Source: an uncultured SAR86 cluster bacterium
GTDB lineage: Bacteria > Pseudomonadota > Gammaproteobacteria > Magnimaribacterales > D2472
Reading direction: 5' to 3'
Length of the DNA stretch: 64,000 nucleotides
Assembly (NCBI GenBank): GCA_902525635.1
Contig: CABZHV010000004.1
Location: forward strand, 22,859-86,858
Shown here: positions 19,679 through 28,926 of the stretch, piece by piece
How positions within the stretch are numbered: position 1 is the stretch's first letter
Layout: each line of letters starts with the position of its first letter
Made by a program: the position numbers and the translations under genes
Notes under the pieces: generated by a model
The model's input: the letters and a program-made list of their open reading frames with translations, nothing else
Database searches by the model: none
What the model was told of the DNA's origin: nothing

Positions 19679-20833
19679 ATGAAGTCACAAATTTGTAAAA
19701 TTTTAAATATTGAGTTTCCTCTTGTAGCATTTAGTCATTGCAGAGACGTTGTTGTTGCAGTATCTAAAGCAGGTGGCATGGGAGTTCTTGGTGCCGTTGG
19801 TCTTTCACCAGAAAAGCTAGAAACTGAATTAAATTGGATTGATAAAAACATAGATGGAAAGCCATATGGGGTAGATGTGCTTGTACCAAACACATATGTT
19901 GGCAAAGGTGAAAATTTATCAACTAATGATTTAAGAGAAATGATTCCTCAAGAACATAGAGAGTTTAGAGCAGATATTCTAGAGCAACATGATATCGATG
20001 CATCTGATTTACGGAAAAGCGATGACTCTCAAAAAACTGAGCAAAACTCAAATCAAGTTTTGGGTGCTGGACTTGACGGTGCTAAAGAAGTTCTTGAAGT
20101 TGCATTTTCACACCCAATCAAACTGGTGGCGAATGCATTAGGAGTTCCGCCTAAATGGATGTTGGACATGGGTAAAGAGCATAATGTTCCTGTTGCAGCT
20201 CTTGTTGGTGCTAAACAACATGCTGTTAAACAAGCTGAAGCGGGTGTGGATATTATTGTTGTATCTGGCACAGAAGGTGGTGGCCATTGCGGAAGTGTTT
20301 CAACAATGGTTTTAGTCCCTGAAGTCAGGCGTGCTCTAAAATCATATGGTGATGTGCCAATTCTCGCTGCTGGCGGCATATGTACTGGTGAGCAAATGGC
20401 TGGAGTAATGGCCATGGGTGCAGATGGTGTTTGGTGTGCTTCAGTATTTCTTCCAACAACTGAGGCTGAAACTTCAGATAATATTAAAGAAAAGCTTGTT
20501 GCAGCATCATCAAGTCACACAGTTAGATCAAAAAGTAGAACAGGTAAACATTCAAGACAATTAACATCACCATGGGTAGAAGCTTGGGAAAATAAAAATG
20601 CACCAGAACCGCTTCCAATGCCTCTTCAAACAATGGTTAGTGAGCCTGCTCTTAAAAGAGTTGCAGACCAAGCTGCTATAGGTCATAAAGGTGCAAAACA
20701 ACTTGAGACTTACTGGGTTGGACAGGGAATTGGACTGGTAAATGAAACAATCACTGCAGGTCAAACAGTACAAAAATTCAAAGAAGAATTTATAGATTCT
20801 TATGAAAGAATAAATGAGTTTTTATCAGAATAA
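19679..20833 (+). CDS. nitronate monooxygenase (NMO / 2-nitropropane dioxygenase family)
   Basis: ILNIEFPLVAFSH, VSGTEGGGH and LAAGGI motifs. ATG at 19679 preferred over the TTG at 19667. Confidence 0.8.
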   Translation: MKSQICKILNIEFPLVAFSHCRDVVVAVSKAGGMGVLGAVGLSPEKLETELNWIDKNIDGKPYGVDVLVPNTYVGKGENLSTNDLREMIPQEHREFRADILEQHDIDASDLRKSDDSQKTEQNSNQVLGAGLDGAKEVLEVAFSHPIKLVANALGVPPKWMLDMGKEHNVPVAALVGAKQHAVKQAEAGVDIIVVSGTEGGGHCGSVSTMVLVPEVRRALKSYGDVPILAAGGICTGEQMAGVMAMGADGVWCASVFLPTTEAETSDNIKEKLVAASSSHTVRSKSRTGKHSRQLTSPWVEAWENKNAPEPLPMPLQTMVSEPALKRVADQAAIGHKGAKQLETYWVGQGIGLVNETITAGQTVQKFKEEFIDSYERINEFLSE

Positions 20834-20842
20834 GAAGCTTAA

Positions 20843-22774
20843 TTGAAAAATATTTTCAAGAATTTATCTTTTTTAGGCATTTGTTTAATTGCAATAATTT
20901 TTATTTATGCAATAGCACACTATTTTAAGCCATTTGAAAAAATTAATAATTTAAACTCACTTTATGGTGAAGTAAAAATTTTAGTTATAGATAACCAAGA
21001 GTTTAGAGATTTAAATAAAAATGGTGTTTTAGACAAATACGAAGATCGAAGGCTAACAGCAGACATAAGAAGTGATGACCTTTTGAGCAAAATGACAATT
21101 GATGAAAAAATTGGTCAAATGTTCCATCCTCCTTTCATCCTTAAACCAGATTTATTCATGTTTCTATATGAAATTGCTATAAGAGGTAATAAACTTACTG
21201 AAACTCAAATTCTTCAAAATAATATTACACACTTTAATCTTTATGGAAATCCAAATCCTAATATACTTGGAAGAAAAATTAATAAACTCCAAAAAATTGC
21301 ATCCAAAACTAGGTTAGGTATTCCAATTACAATTAGTTCAGATCCAATTCATGAAGTTTCTAAGGGTGGTGGAATTGCTTCATTTTCAATTGATGGATTC
21401 TCAAAATGGCCTTCACAACTTGGTTTTGCTGCGACACAAGATTCACAAGTAGTTAGAGAATTTGCAGGAATTGTTAAGGAAGAGTATTTAGCTGTAGGAA
21501 TCAGAACTGCCCTTCATCCAATGTCAGATTTAGCGACAGATCCTAGATGGGCGCGAAATTTTGGTACTTTTGGCTCTAATGCAAAATTGTCAACTGATAT
21601 GACCCTTGCATACATGAAAGGATTTCAAGGTGAAGCTATCAATAAGAATAGTGTTCTAACAATGGTGAAACATTTTCCTGGAGGCGGTCCTCAAGAAGAT
21701 GGATTAGATGCACATCTATTTAGTGGACGAAATCAAATATATCCTGGTGAAAATTTTGATTATCACTTAATTCCATTCAAAGAAGCTATTAAAAATAATT
21801 TAAAAGTAATAATGCCTTATTACGGAATTCCTGTTGGTCAGACAAAAGAAGATGTAGCGATGGCTTTCAATAAAAGTATTATCACTGACTTATTAAAAAA
21901 CGAACTTAATTATGAAGGAGTTATTTGCTCAGATTGGGGAATCATAACTGGAAGACATTGGGGCGTTGGAAATCTTTCCATTGAGGATAGATATTTAAAA
22001 TCAATAGATGCTGGAATCGATCAATATGGAGGCGAAAGTGATACCTCAATTCTAAAAAATTTAGTTAAAAAAAATAAGATTTCAGTAAAAAGAATAGATG
22101 ATTCAGTAAAAAAAATATTAATGAATAAATTTCAATTGGGGCTATTTGATAATCCTTATATAAATGAGAATGAAATTAAAAATAAAGTTAATACTGAATT
22201 CAATATTGAATCAGGACTTGATGCTCAAAGGAAGTCTATTGTTTTATTAAAAAATGATGGAATCCTTCCACTTAAAAATAATATTAATATATTTATTGAC
22301 GGACTTAATAAGGAAATTGCTTATAGATATGGAAATTTAGTAAATAACTATAAAGAAGCTGATGTGGTAATTATGTATATTCATACTGTTTTTAGCGGTA
22401 ATCAAGAATCTGGCTTAAATAGAGTTTTTGATAATTTTTTAAGCACCTTATTTCCAGATGGAAACTTAGATTTTAGTGATGAAATTTTAAACAAAGCTCG
22501 GATGTATTCAAAAGAAAAAAATCTAGTAATTGTAGTGGATCTAAATAGGCCTGCTATTCTATCTAGTATTAAGAAGCACTCATCAGGTTTGATTGGAACT
22601 TTTGGCGTTGAAGACAAGATTATTTTTGAAGCATTGTTTGGAGAATTTAATCCGTCTGGTAAATTACCCTTTGAGATCCCATCTTCAATGGATTCAGTAT
22701 TAAATCAAAAAGAAGATTTGCCAGATGACTCATTAAATCCCACATACGAATATGGTTATGGAATAAGTTACTAA
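20843..22774 (+). CDS. glycoside hydrolase family 3 (beta-glucosidase-like), N-terminally anchored or secreted
   Basis: 643 aa with MTIDEKIGQM, KHFPGGG and GVICSDWG (nucleophile Asp). The hydrophobic N-terminus and a DLNKNGVLDKYED motif lie upstream of the first ATG, so a TTG start at 20843 is required. Confidence 0.85.
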   Translation: MKNIFKNLSFLGICLIAIIFIYAIAHYFKPFEKINNLNSLYGEVKILVIDNQEFRDLNKNGVLDKYEDRRLTADIRSDDLLSKMTIDEKIGQMFHPPFILKPDLFMFLYEIAIRGNKLTETQILQNNITHFNLYGNPNPNILGRKINKLQKIASKTRLGIPITISSDPIHEVSKGGGIASFSIDGFSKWPSQLGFAATQDSQVVREFAGIVKEEYLAVGIRTALHPMSDLATDPRWARNFGTFGSNAKLSTDMTLAYMKGFQGEAINKNSVLTMVKHFPGGGPQEDGLDAHLFSGRNQIYPGENFDYHLIPFKEAIKNNLKVIMPYYGIPVGQTKEDVAMAFNKSIITDLLKNELNYEGVICSDWGIITGRHWGVGNLSIEDRYLKSIDAGIDQYGGESDTSILKNLVKKNKISVKRIDDSVKKILMNKFQLGLFDNPYINENEIKNKVNTEFNIESGLDAQRKSIVLLKNDGILPLKNNINIFIDGLNKEIAYRYGNLVNNYKEADVVIMYIHTVFSGNQESGLNRVFDNFLSTLFPDGNLDFSDEILNKARMYSKEKNLVIVVDLNRPAILSSIKKHSSGLIGTFGVEDKIIFEALFGEFNPSGKLPFEIPSSMDSVLNQKEDLPDDSLNPTYEYGYGISY

Positions 22775-24030
22775 CTTAATTCTTTACGTTTTTTAAATTC
22801 CAATACAGTTGCATTAATACAATATCTTGGCATTCCGTTAGGCCCATCATTGAAAACATGACCCAAATGTATATCAGAAGAAACTGATCTTATCTCAGTT
22901 CTTCTCATACCATAACTATTGTCAGGAAGCTCATATACCGAACCCTCTACAGGTTTAGTGAATGATAGCCACCCTGATTTAGAAACAAATCTGTCTCTCG
23001 TATCAAATAAAGATTCACCACTTAACTTATCAATAAAAATACCATCTGGTGTATTTTTAAAAATTTCATATTCTTTACAAAAACGCGCATCGGTTCCTTT
23101 ATTGAAAGCCACATCATAAGCCTCAGAATCTCCCAGTTTGAATTTGCCTAATAATTGATAAAAATCTTTATGATTGATATATCCTTGATACGAAAAAATT
23201 TCTTTTCCATTTTCCATAAAAATTAATGATGGTGTTGCCCAGGTTGGTGAATTGATTTTAAGCCCATGTAATTGATCAGATGTTCTATAGGATAGCGGTA
23301 TAGTTCCTTTATAGTTATCTGTAACATCTACTTTTAATTTCTCGCAATATGGGCAGTAGTTTTGTGAATCTAAAACTAATATTTGTTTCCCAGTTAACAA
23401 TATTTCATTATCGAGTAAGCTTTTATCATTATTATTAAAAACAATTCCAGTTGATAAGTCTGGGCAATAGCCATTAGGATTCTTTTTTAGGTAGTCTTGA
23501 TGATATTCTTCAGCTGGATAAAAATTATCTAAGGGTTCTAACTTAGTTTTTATTTCTCCATAACCACCATCATTTAGAAGTATTTGATACTCTTCCATAA
23601 TTATTTCAGCTAATTCTTTTTGATTTTCGTTTACAAAAAGTATCGTCGAACGATATTGTGTTCCAACATCATTACCTTGCCTATTAAATTGGGTTGGATC
23701 ATGTGTCTCAAAAAAGTGTTTTAAAATATCTTCTGTTTCTATAGCATTTGAATTAAATGTAACCTTTACGACCTCAGCAAAATTATTATCATTAAACTTA
23801 TTTTTAAATTGTATGATGGACCTATAATTTGGGCTAACACCATAACCATTTGCATAGCCTGACTCAGCATCAATTACCCCATCTATTGATTCATATCCTT
23901 TTTCAGCACCCCAAAAACAACCAGATCCTAGATATATTGTTTCAATGTGCTCAGTTTTATTTGAAAACAAATTTGGAATGACAAATATAATCGATAAAAA
24001 ATAAATTAGTTTTTTAGTTTTCTTGTTCAT
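22771..24030 (-). CDS. fused methionine sulfoxide reductase MsrA / CPYC thioredoxin-fold domain / MsrB, with N-terminal signal or anchor
   Basis: 419 aa. GSGCFWGAEKGY (MsrA, Cys38), NYCPYCEKL (residues 226-229) with a TP cis-Pro loop, and HLGHVFNDGP..RYCIN (MsrB, Cys404). N-terminus is KKLIYFLSIIFVIPNLFS. Confidence 0.88.
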   Translation of the reverse strand: MNKKTKKLIYFLSIIFVIPNLFSNKTEHIETIYLGSGCFWGAEKGYESIDGVIDAESGYANGYGVSPNYRSIIQFKNKFNDNNFAEVVKVTFNSNAIETEDILKHFFETHDPTQFNRQGNDVGTQYRSTILFVNENQKELAEIIMEEYQILLNDGGYGEIKTKLEPLDNFYPAEEYHQDYLKKNPNGYCPDLSTGIVFNNNDKSLLDNEILLTGKQILVLDSQNYCPYCEKLKVDVTDNYKGTIPLSYRTSDQLHGLKINSPTWATPSLIFMENGKEIFSYQGYINHKDFYQLLGKFKLGDSEAYDVAFNKGTDARFCKEYEIFKNTPDGIFIDKLSGESLFDTRDRFVSKSGWLSFTKPVEGSVYELPDNSYGMRRTEIRSVSSDIHLGHVFNDGPNGMPRYCINATVLEFKKRKELS

Positions 24031-24634
24031 ATTTATAGCTTTTACTTTTTATAAATGCAGGTCTTGAAAATAAATTCTTGGACCACCTTTTGATATTCGG
24101 CTTAAATGCCTGCTCTATTCCTAGAGCGTCTGCCAAGTTTATTGCATAACTGACACAAATATCAGCTAATGTGAAGCGACCTGAACACAAATACTCTTTA
24201 TTATTTAAGGCTTTCTCTAAAAGTTTCAACCTTGAGACAAACCATCTACTGTAACCATCAATTGCGGCATCAGCTACTCCTGGTTCTTGAAACTTATATC
24301 TTAAAACTACAGTTTGTGGAAATGTTAATGTTGCATCAGAATGATATAACCAATTTAAATATGCGGGATAATCATTTTCATTAGGTTGAACTTGTAAATC
24401 TGAAGGACCATATTTTTCAACTAGATATTGAGAAATTCCTACAGATTCTGTCATTTTCACATCACCATCAATCATGTATGGAACTGTGCCTAAAATATTA
24501 ATGTCTAAATATTCCTTCATGAACACTCTTGGAGGAAATGGCATCATGATTAATTTATAATCTAAACCCATTTCTTCTGCTGTCCATATAGGTCTAATAG
24601 CTCTCGAGTTTTCTGTTCCGTATATTTTGATCAT
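24014..24634 (-). CDS. glutathione S-transferase
   Basis: 206 aa with GST N- and C-terminal domain pattern (IKIYG...SRAIRPIW, GTVPYM, ESVGISQYL). Overlaps the msr fusion start by 17 nt. Confidence 0.8.
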   Translation of the reverse strand: MIKIYGTENSRAIRPIWTAEEMGLDYKLIMMPFPPRVFMKEYLDINILGTVPYMIDGDVKMTESVGISQYLVEKYGPSDLQVQPNENDYPAYLNWLYHSDATLTFPQTVVLRYKFQEPGVADAAIDGYSRWFVSRLKLLEKALNNKEYLCSGRFTLADICVSYAINLADALGIEQAFKPNIKRWSKNLFSRPAFIKSKSYKYEQEN

Positions 24635-24672
24635 ATTAATAGATAATTCATTATTATTTTACAACTTTTTAG

Positions 24673-24700
24673 TGGTAATATTAAAGATAATATATTACCA
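24673..24700. promoter_or_regulatory. perfect 9-bp inverted repeat TGGTAATAT-N10-ATATTACCA; candidate TetR-family operator
   Basis: Read directly from the sequence. Lies in the 92-bp divergent intergenic region, 27 bp upstream of the carboxylase beta-subunit ATG (24727). A TetR regulator is encoded inside the downstream cluster. Confidence 0.4.
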
Positions 24701-24726
24701 TTTAAATCCAATTTAAAATTCATATT

Positions 24727-26385
24727 ATGAAAAACGAAAATATTTCACCAAAAATTAAGACAAATCTAAACACTAAGTCAGATCAATATATTGCAAATAA
24801 AGAGATGATGTTAGAAAAGCTGGAGTTCTTAGACGGTCTTCTTGATCTGGCAGAAATCGGTGGTGGCATGCACCACCATGAACGTCTAGCAAAACGAGGA
24901 AAGATGCCAGTAAGAGAAAGAGTAATTAATGTTCTTGATCAAGATAGTCCTTTCCTAGAAATTCAACCTTATGCAGCATACGGTACAACAAACTATCATG
25001 TTGGTGGAGGGTGTGTATCAGGAGTTGGAATAATTTCTGGAGTTGAATGTGTAATATTTGCAAATGATCCAACTGTAAAGGCAGGAGCAATGACAGTATA
25101 TGTCGGTGAAAAATGGAAACGAGCAAAAGAAATTGCAAGAGAAAATAAAATTCCTTTTATAAGTTTTGTTGAGTCAGCTGGTGGTGACTTGAGTGTGGGA
25201 AACAATAAGAGTGATTCACCCCCTATTGCTCCAAGTCTTCAACAAGGTCATTTTGCTTCAACGGGGCGTTTTTTTTATGAAATGACTGAATTATCAAAAA
25301 TGAGAATTCCAGTAATATCAGTTGTATTTGGCTCATCAACCGCAGGTGGCGCATATCAGCCAGGAATGTCCGACTATAATATTTTTATCAAAGACCAGTC
25401 CAAGGCTTTTCTTGCAGGTCCTCCATTAGTAAAAATGGCTACTGGTGAAGAATCTGATGACGAAACACTTGGAGGCGCGAAAATGCACTCCGAGGTTTCT
25501 GGACTTTCTGATTATTTGGCTGAAGATGAAATGGATGCTCTTAGAATTTGTAGAGAGGTAGTATCGCACTTAAATTGGTCAAAAAAAGGTCCTGAACCAA
25601 AAATAAAGTCAATTGAACCAGAATATGATAAAAATGAATTATTAGGCATTTTAAGTGAAGATCTTAAATCGGCTGTGGATATAAAAGAAATTATCGCAAG
25701 ATTTGTAGATGGATCTAGATTTGAAGAATTTAAACCACTATATGGTTCATCTTTAGTATGTGGTTGGGCTTCTGTTCATGGCTATCAAATAGGTATTATT
25801 GGTAACAATGGTCCTATCTATCCTGAATCTGCAGAAAAAGGGGCTACTTTTATTCAACTGTGTAACAAAAGAGATATACCTATTATATTTTTACATAACG
25901 TAACAGGATTTCTTGTAGGTAAAGATTTTGAGAGGCAAGGAATTATTAAAAAAGGCTCCCAACTTATAAATGCAGTTTCAAACTCAATGGTTCCACACAT
26001 AACATTTATAGTTGGCGCTTCATATGGAGCCGGAACATATGCGATGTCAGGAAAAGCTTTTAATAATAGATTTACATTCTTATGGCCTACTGCAAAAATT
26101 GCTGTGATGGGTCCTGAACAGATGGCTGGTGTCATGTCTATTGTAAGACAAGCTAAAGCCAAAAGAGATGGAAAAAAGTTTGATAAAAAAGCAGATGAAC
26201 AACTTAAAGCTATGGTAATTGATTATCTCGAAAAATTATCACATGGTCTTGTTGCAAGTAGTATGCTTACTGACGATGGAATTATCGACCCAAGAGATAC
26301 AAGGGATGTCATTGGATTTTGCCTCTCGATTGTAAGTAATAATGTTATTGAAGGTGCTAAGGAATATGGAGTTTTTAGATTATGA
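24727..26385 (+). CDS. acyl-CoA carboxylase carboxyltransferase (beta) subunit, methylcrotonyl-/geranyl-CoA carboxylase type (LiuB/AtuC-like)
   Basis: 552 aa carboxyl transferase: FANDPTVKAGAM, GGAYQPGMSD and FLWPTAKIAVMGPEQ. Overlaps the alpha-subunit gene by 4 nt. Confidence 0.88.
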   Translation: MKNENISPKIKTNLNTKSDQYIANKEMMLEKLEFLDGLLDLAEIGGGMHHHERLAKRGKMPVRERVINVLDQDSPFLEIQPYAAYGTTNYHVGGGCVSGVGIISGVECVIFANDPTVKAGAMTVYVGEKWKRAKEIARENKIPFISFVESAGGDLSVGNNKSDSPPIAPSLQQGHFASTGRFFYEMTELSKMRIPVISVVFGSSTAGGAYQPGMSDYNIFIKDQSKAFLAGPPLVKMATGEESDDETLGGAKMHSEVSGLSDYLAEDEMDALRICREVVSHLNWSKKGPEPKIKSIEPEYDKNELLGILSEDLKSAVDIKEIIARFVDGSRFEEFKPLYGSSLVCGWASVHGYQIGIIGNNGPIYPESAEKGATFIQLCNKRDIPIIFLHNVTGFLVGKDFERQGIIKKGSQLINAVSNSMVPHITFIVGASYGAGTYAMSGKAFNNRFTFLWPTAKIAVMGPEQMAGVMSIVRQAKAKRDGKKFDKKADEQLKAMVIDYLEKLSHGLVASSMLTDDGIIDPRDTRDVIGFCLSIVSNNVIEGAKEYGVFRL

Positions 26386-28304
26386 TCTTTGATTCATTAT
26401 TGATTGCTAATAGGGGTGAAATTGCATGTAGGATTATAAAAACTACCAAAGAGATGGGCATCAGATCAATTGCTATTTATGTTGATGCTGACAAAGATGC
26501 TCCATTTGTAAATCAAGCAGATGAGTCGATTAGATTAGAAGATGGTGGTTATCTTGATGGGAATCAAATTATTGAGGCTGCGAAAAAGACTGGCGCTCAA
26601 GCAATTCATCCAGGTTATGGTTTTTTATCGGAAAATGCTTCTTTTGCAAGAAAAGTTAAAAAAGAAAATATAATTTGGATTGGGCCATCTCCTAGAGTTA
26701 TATCAGTAATGGGAGATAAATTAAAAGCAAAAGAATTAGCAGTTAAGGCTGATGTACCTACCCTACCAATGACATCAAAACCTAATGAAGCAAAAAAGAT
26801 TGGCTACCCTCTTCTAATTAAGGCAGCAGCAGGTGGTGGTGGTAAAGGAATGAGAATTGTTAATAAAGAAAAAGATTTAAAAGAATCAATAATCAGTGCA
26901 CAAAGAGAAGCTAAAAGTGGTTTTAATGATGAAAGAATATTTATTGAAAGATACGTAGAAAAATCTAGGCATATTGAAATACAAATTTTAGGCGACTCAT
27001 TTGGAAACATTGTTCACTTAGGAGAAAGAGAGTGTTCAATTCAGAGAAGACACCAAAAAATAATTGAGGAATCTCCATCTCCAAGGATCTCAGAAGAGGT
27101 TAGAAAAAATATGGGTTATGCTGCAGTAAAGCTGGCAAAACAAATAAAATACGAATCAGCTGGTACCGTAGAATTTTTGTTTGATGATAAGACGGAAGAA
27201 TTCTGGTTTTTAGAAGTCAATACAAGATTACAAGTTGAACATCCAGTTACAGAGGAAGTTACAGGAATAGACCTTGTTAGTGAACAACTCAAAATAGCTA
27301 GAGGTGAGCCTCTAGGATTCTCTCAAGAAGAAATTACCTGGACAGGCTCATCTATTGAAGCAAGACTTTATGCAGAAGATCCAAATAATGATTTCCTTCC
27401 TGAAATTGGAACCTTAATAGCGTTTGAAAAAAATAATTCTGTCCAGGCTAGATGGGATTCGGGTGTAAAAACCGGAACAATAGTAGGTACTGAATTTGAT
27501 CCTATGCTTGCAAAAATAATTACATTCGCCACGAATAGAACTGATGCAGCAAGCAAATTAGCTAAGGCACTCGAATCTGCACATATTGGTGGTGTAAAAA
27601 CAAATAGAGATTTTTTAATTAACTGTCTAAAAACTAAAGAATTCCTTGAAGGGGATACTACTTCTGATTTTATTGAAAGGGTAAATCCAAGCAGGAAGCT
27701 TGAAATTAATAAAGCTGAAATTGAGCACATAACAGCAATTGCCGCTATGTGGATACAACAACAAAATAGAAATAATTCAAACGTTGCTAAATTTATGCCG
27801 TCTGGTTGGACGAATGGAAGATTGCCAAATCAAAAAATAGCTTTTGAATTTGAAAATAAGGAATATATTGTTGAATACAAACAGCAAAATAATAATAAAT
27901 TTTTATTTTCATCTAACAAAGAGGCTTTTATTAATTCAGTGGATAATAATGGAATTGATTTAGTTTTCGATAGCAAAAGAGCTTATTCTCGCGTGACAGT
28001 TTCTGACAGCAGCATTTTGGTCCATATGCCATATGGAGATATTATGCTTGAACTAAAGCCAAGGTTTAGGATGCCTGGCACAGAAACTTCAATAGGAGGT
28101 CTTGTTGCTCCAATGCCTGGAAAAGTAATTGACCTAAAAGTAAAAAAAGGTAAAAAAGTCAAAGCTGGTGATACTTTAGTCATTTTAGAAGCAATGAAAA
28201 TGGAGCACTCTATTAAAGCCTCAGAAGATGGGACAGTCTCAGAATTATTTATTTCAATAAATGATCAAGTTGAAAACGGTGCCCTATTAATGGTTGTTAA
28301 GTAA
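26382..28304 (+). CDS. acyl-CoA carboxylase biotin carboxylase + BCCP (alpha) subunit (LiuD/AtuF-like)
   Basis: 640 aa. IANRGEIACRII, ATP-grasp GGGGKGMRIV, EVNTRLQVEHPVTE, and C-terminal biotinylation motif EAMKMEH. Confidence 0.92.
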   Translation: MIFDSLLIANRGEIACRIIKTTKEMGIRSIAIYVDADKDAPFVNQADESIRLEDGGYLDGNQIIEAAKKTGAQAIHPGYGFLSENASFARKVKKENIIWIGPSPRVISVMGDKLKAKELAVKADVPTLPMTSKPNEAKKIGYPLLIKAAAGGGGKGMRIVNKEKDLKESIISAQREAKSGFNDERIFIERYVEKSRHIEIQILGDSFGNIVHLGERECSIQRRHQKIIEESPSPRISEEVRKNMGYAAVKLAKQIKYESAGTVEFLFDDKTEEFWFLEVNTRLQVEHPVTEEVTGIDLVSEQLKIARGEPLGFSQEEITWTGSSIEARLYAEDPNNDFLPEIGTLIAFEKNNSVQARWDSGVKTGTIVGTEFDPMLAKIITFATNRTDAASKLAKALESAHIGGVKTNRDFLINCLKTKEFLEGDTTSDFIERVNPSRKLEINKAEIEHITAIAAMWIQQQNRNNSNVAKFMPSGWTNGRLPNQKIAFEFENKEYIVEYKQQNNNKFLFSSNKEAFINSVDNNGIDLVFDSKRAYSRVTVSDSSILVHMPYGDIMLELKPRFRMPGTETSIGGLVAPMPGKVIDLKVKKGKKVKAGDTLVILEAMKMEHSIKASEDGTVSELFISINDQVENGALLMVVK

Positions 28305-28311
28305 TTATTAA

Positions 28312-28926
28312 ATGCAAAATATTGAATATAGAAAAAGTTCTCTTAATACAAAAAATAATAGAATTTATACAAAAAGACATAACGAAATCATTGACGCACT
28401 TGAAATATTGTTAGAATCGGGTGTTCCAAATCTGACAATGTCTGAAATAGCAAAAAAACTTAAGATTTCTTTAAGAACACTATATGAAATTGCACCGAGC
28501 AGAGACGAATTAATTTTAATGACAATGGATAATATCCTTAAAAAATTAGGTAAATTTGCTATGGATTCTGTATCAGAAATTGACTCACCTATAGAAAAAT
28601 TAGAAGAATATTTGATGATTGTCAATCAAGCTGTTGGTCCAAAATTTGACAGATTTCTAAAAGACATGGAAAAAATAAATGGCTCAAAGATGACTGCAGA
28701 TTATCATGAGAACTTTATTAAAAATTTTATTAAAGAACTTTTAGTGCAAGCCATTAAGAAAAAAGAAATTAAGGCTATTGACGTAAAAGCTTTTTCTATT
28801 CTCTTAGGAGGAATTGGAAGAGAATTTTTTAAAGAAGAAAATAAAAAATCTATTCATTTAAGCCCTGAGGAATCTGCAAATTCAATAACAAGTATTATTT
28901 TGAATGGTATAAAACTTAAAAACTAA
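28312..28926 (+). CDS. TetR family transcriptional regulator
   Basis: 204 aa. N-terminal HTH region LTMSEIAKKLKISLRTLYEIAPSRDELI is typical of TetR/AcrR. Confidence 0.8.
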   Translation: MQNIEYRKSSLNTKNNRIYTKRHNEIIDALEILLESGVPNLTMSEIAKKLKISLRTLYEIAPSRDELILMTMDNILKKLGKFAMDSVSEIDSPIEKLEEYLMIVNQAVGPKFDRFLKDMEKINGSKMTADYHENFIKNFIKELLVQAIKKKEIKAIDVKAFSILLGGIGREFFKEENKKSIHLSPEESANSITSIILNGIKLKN

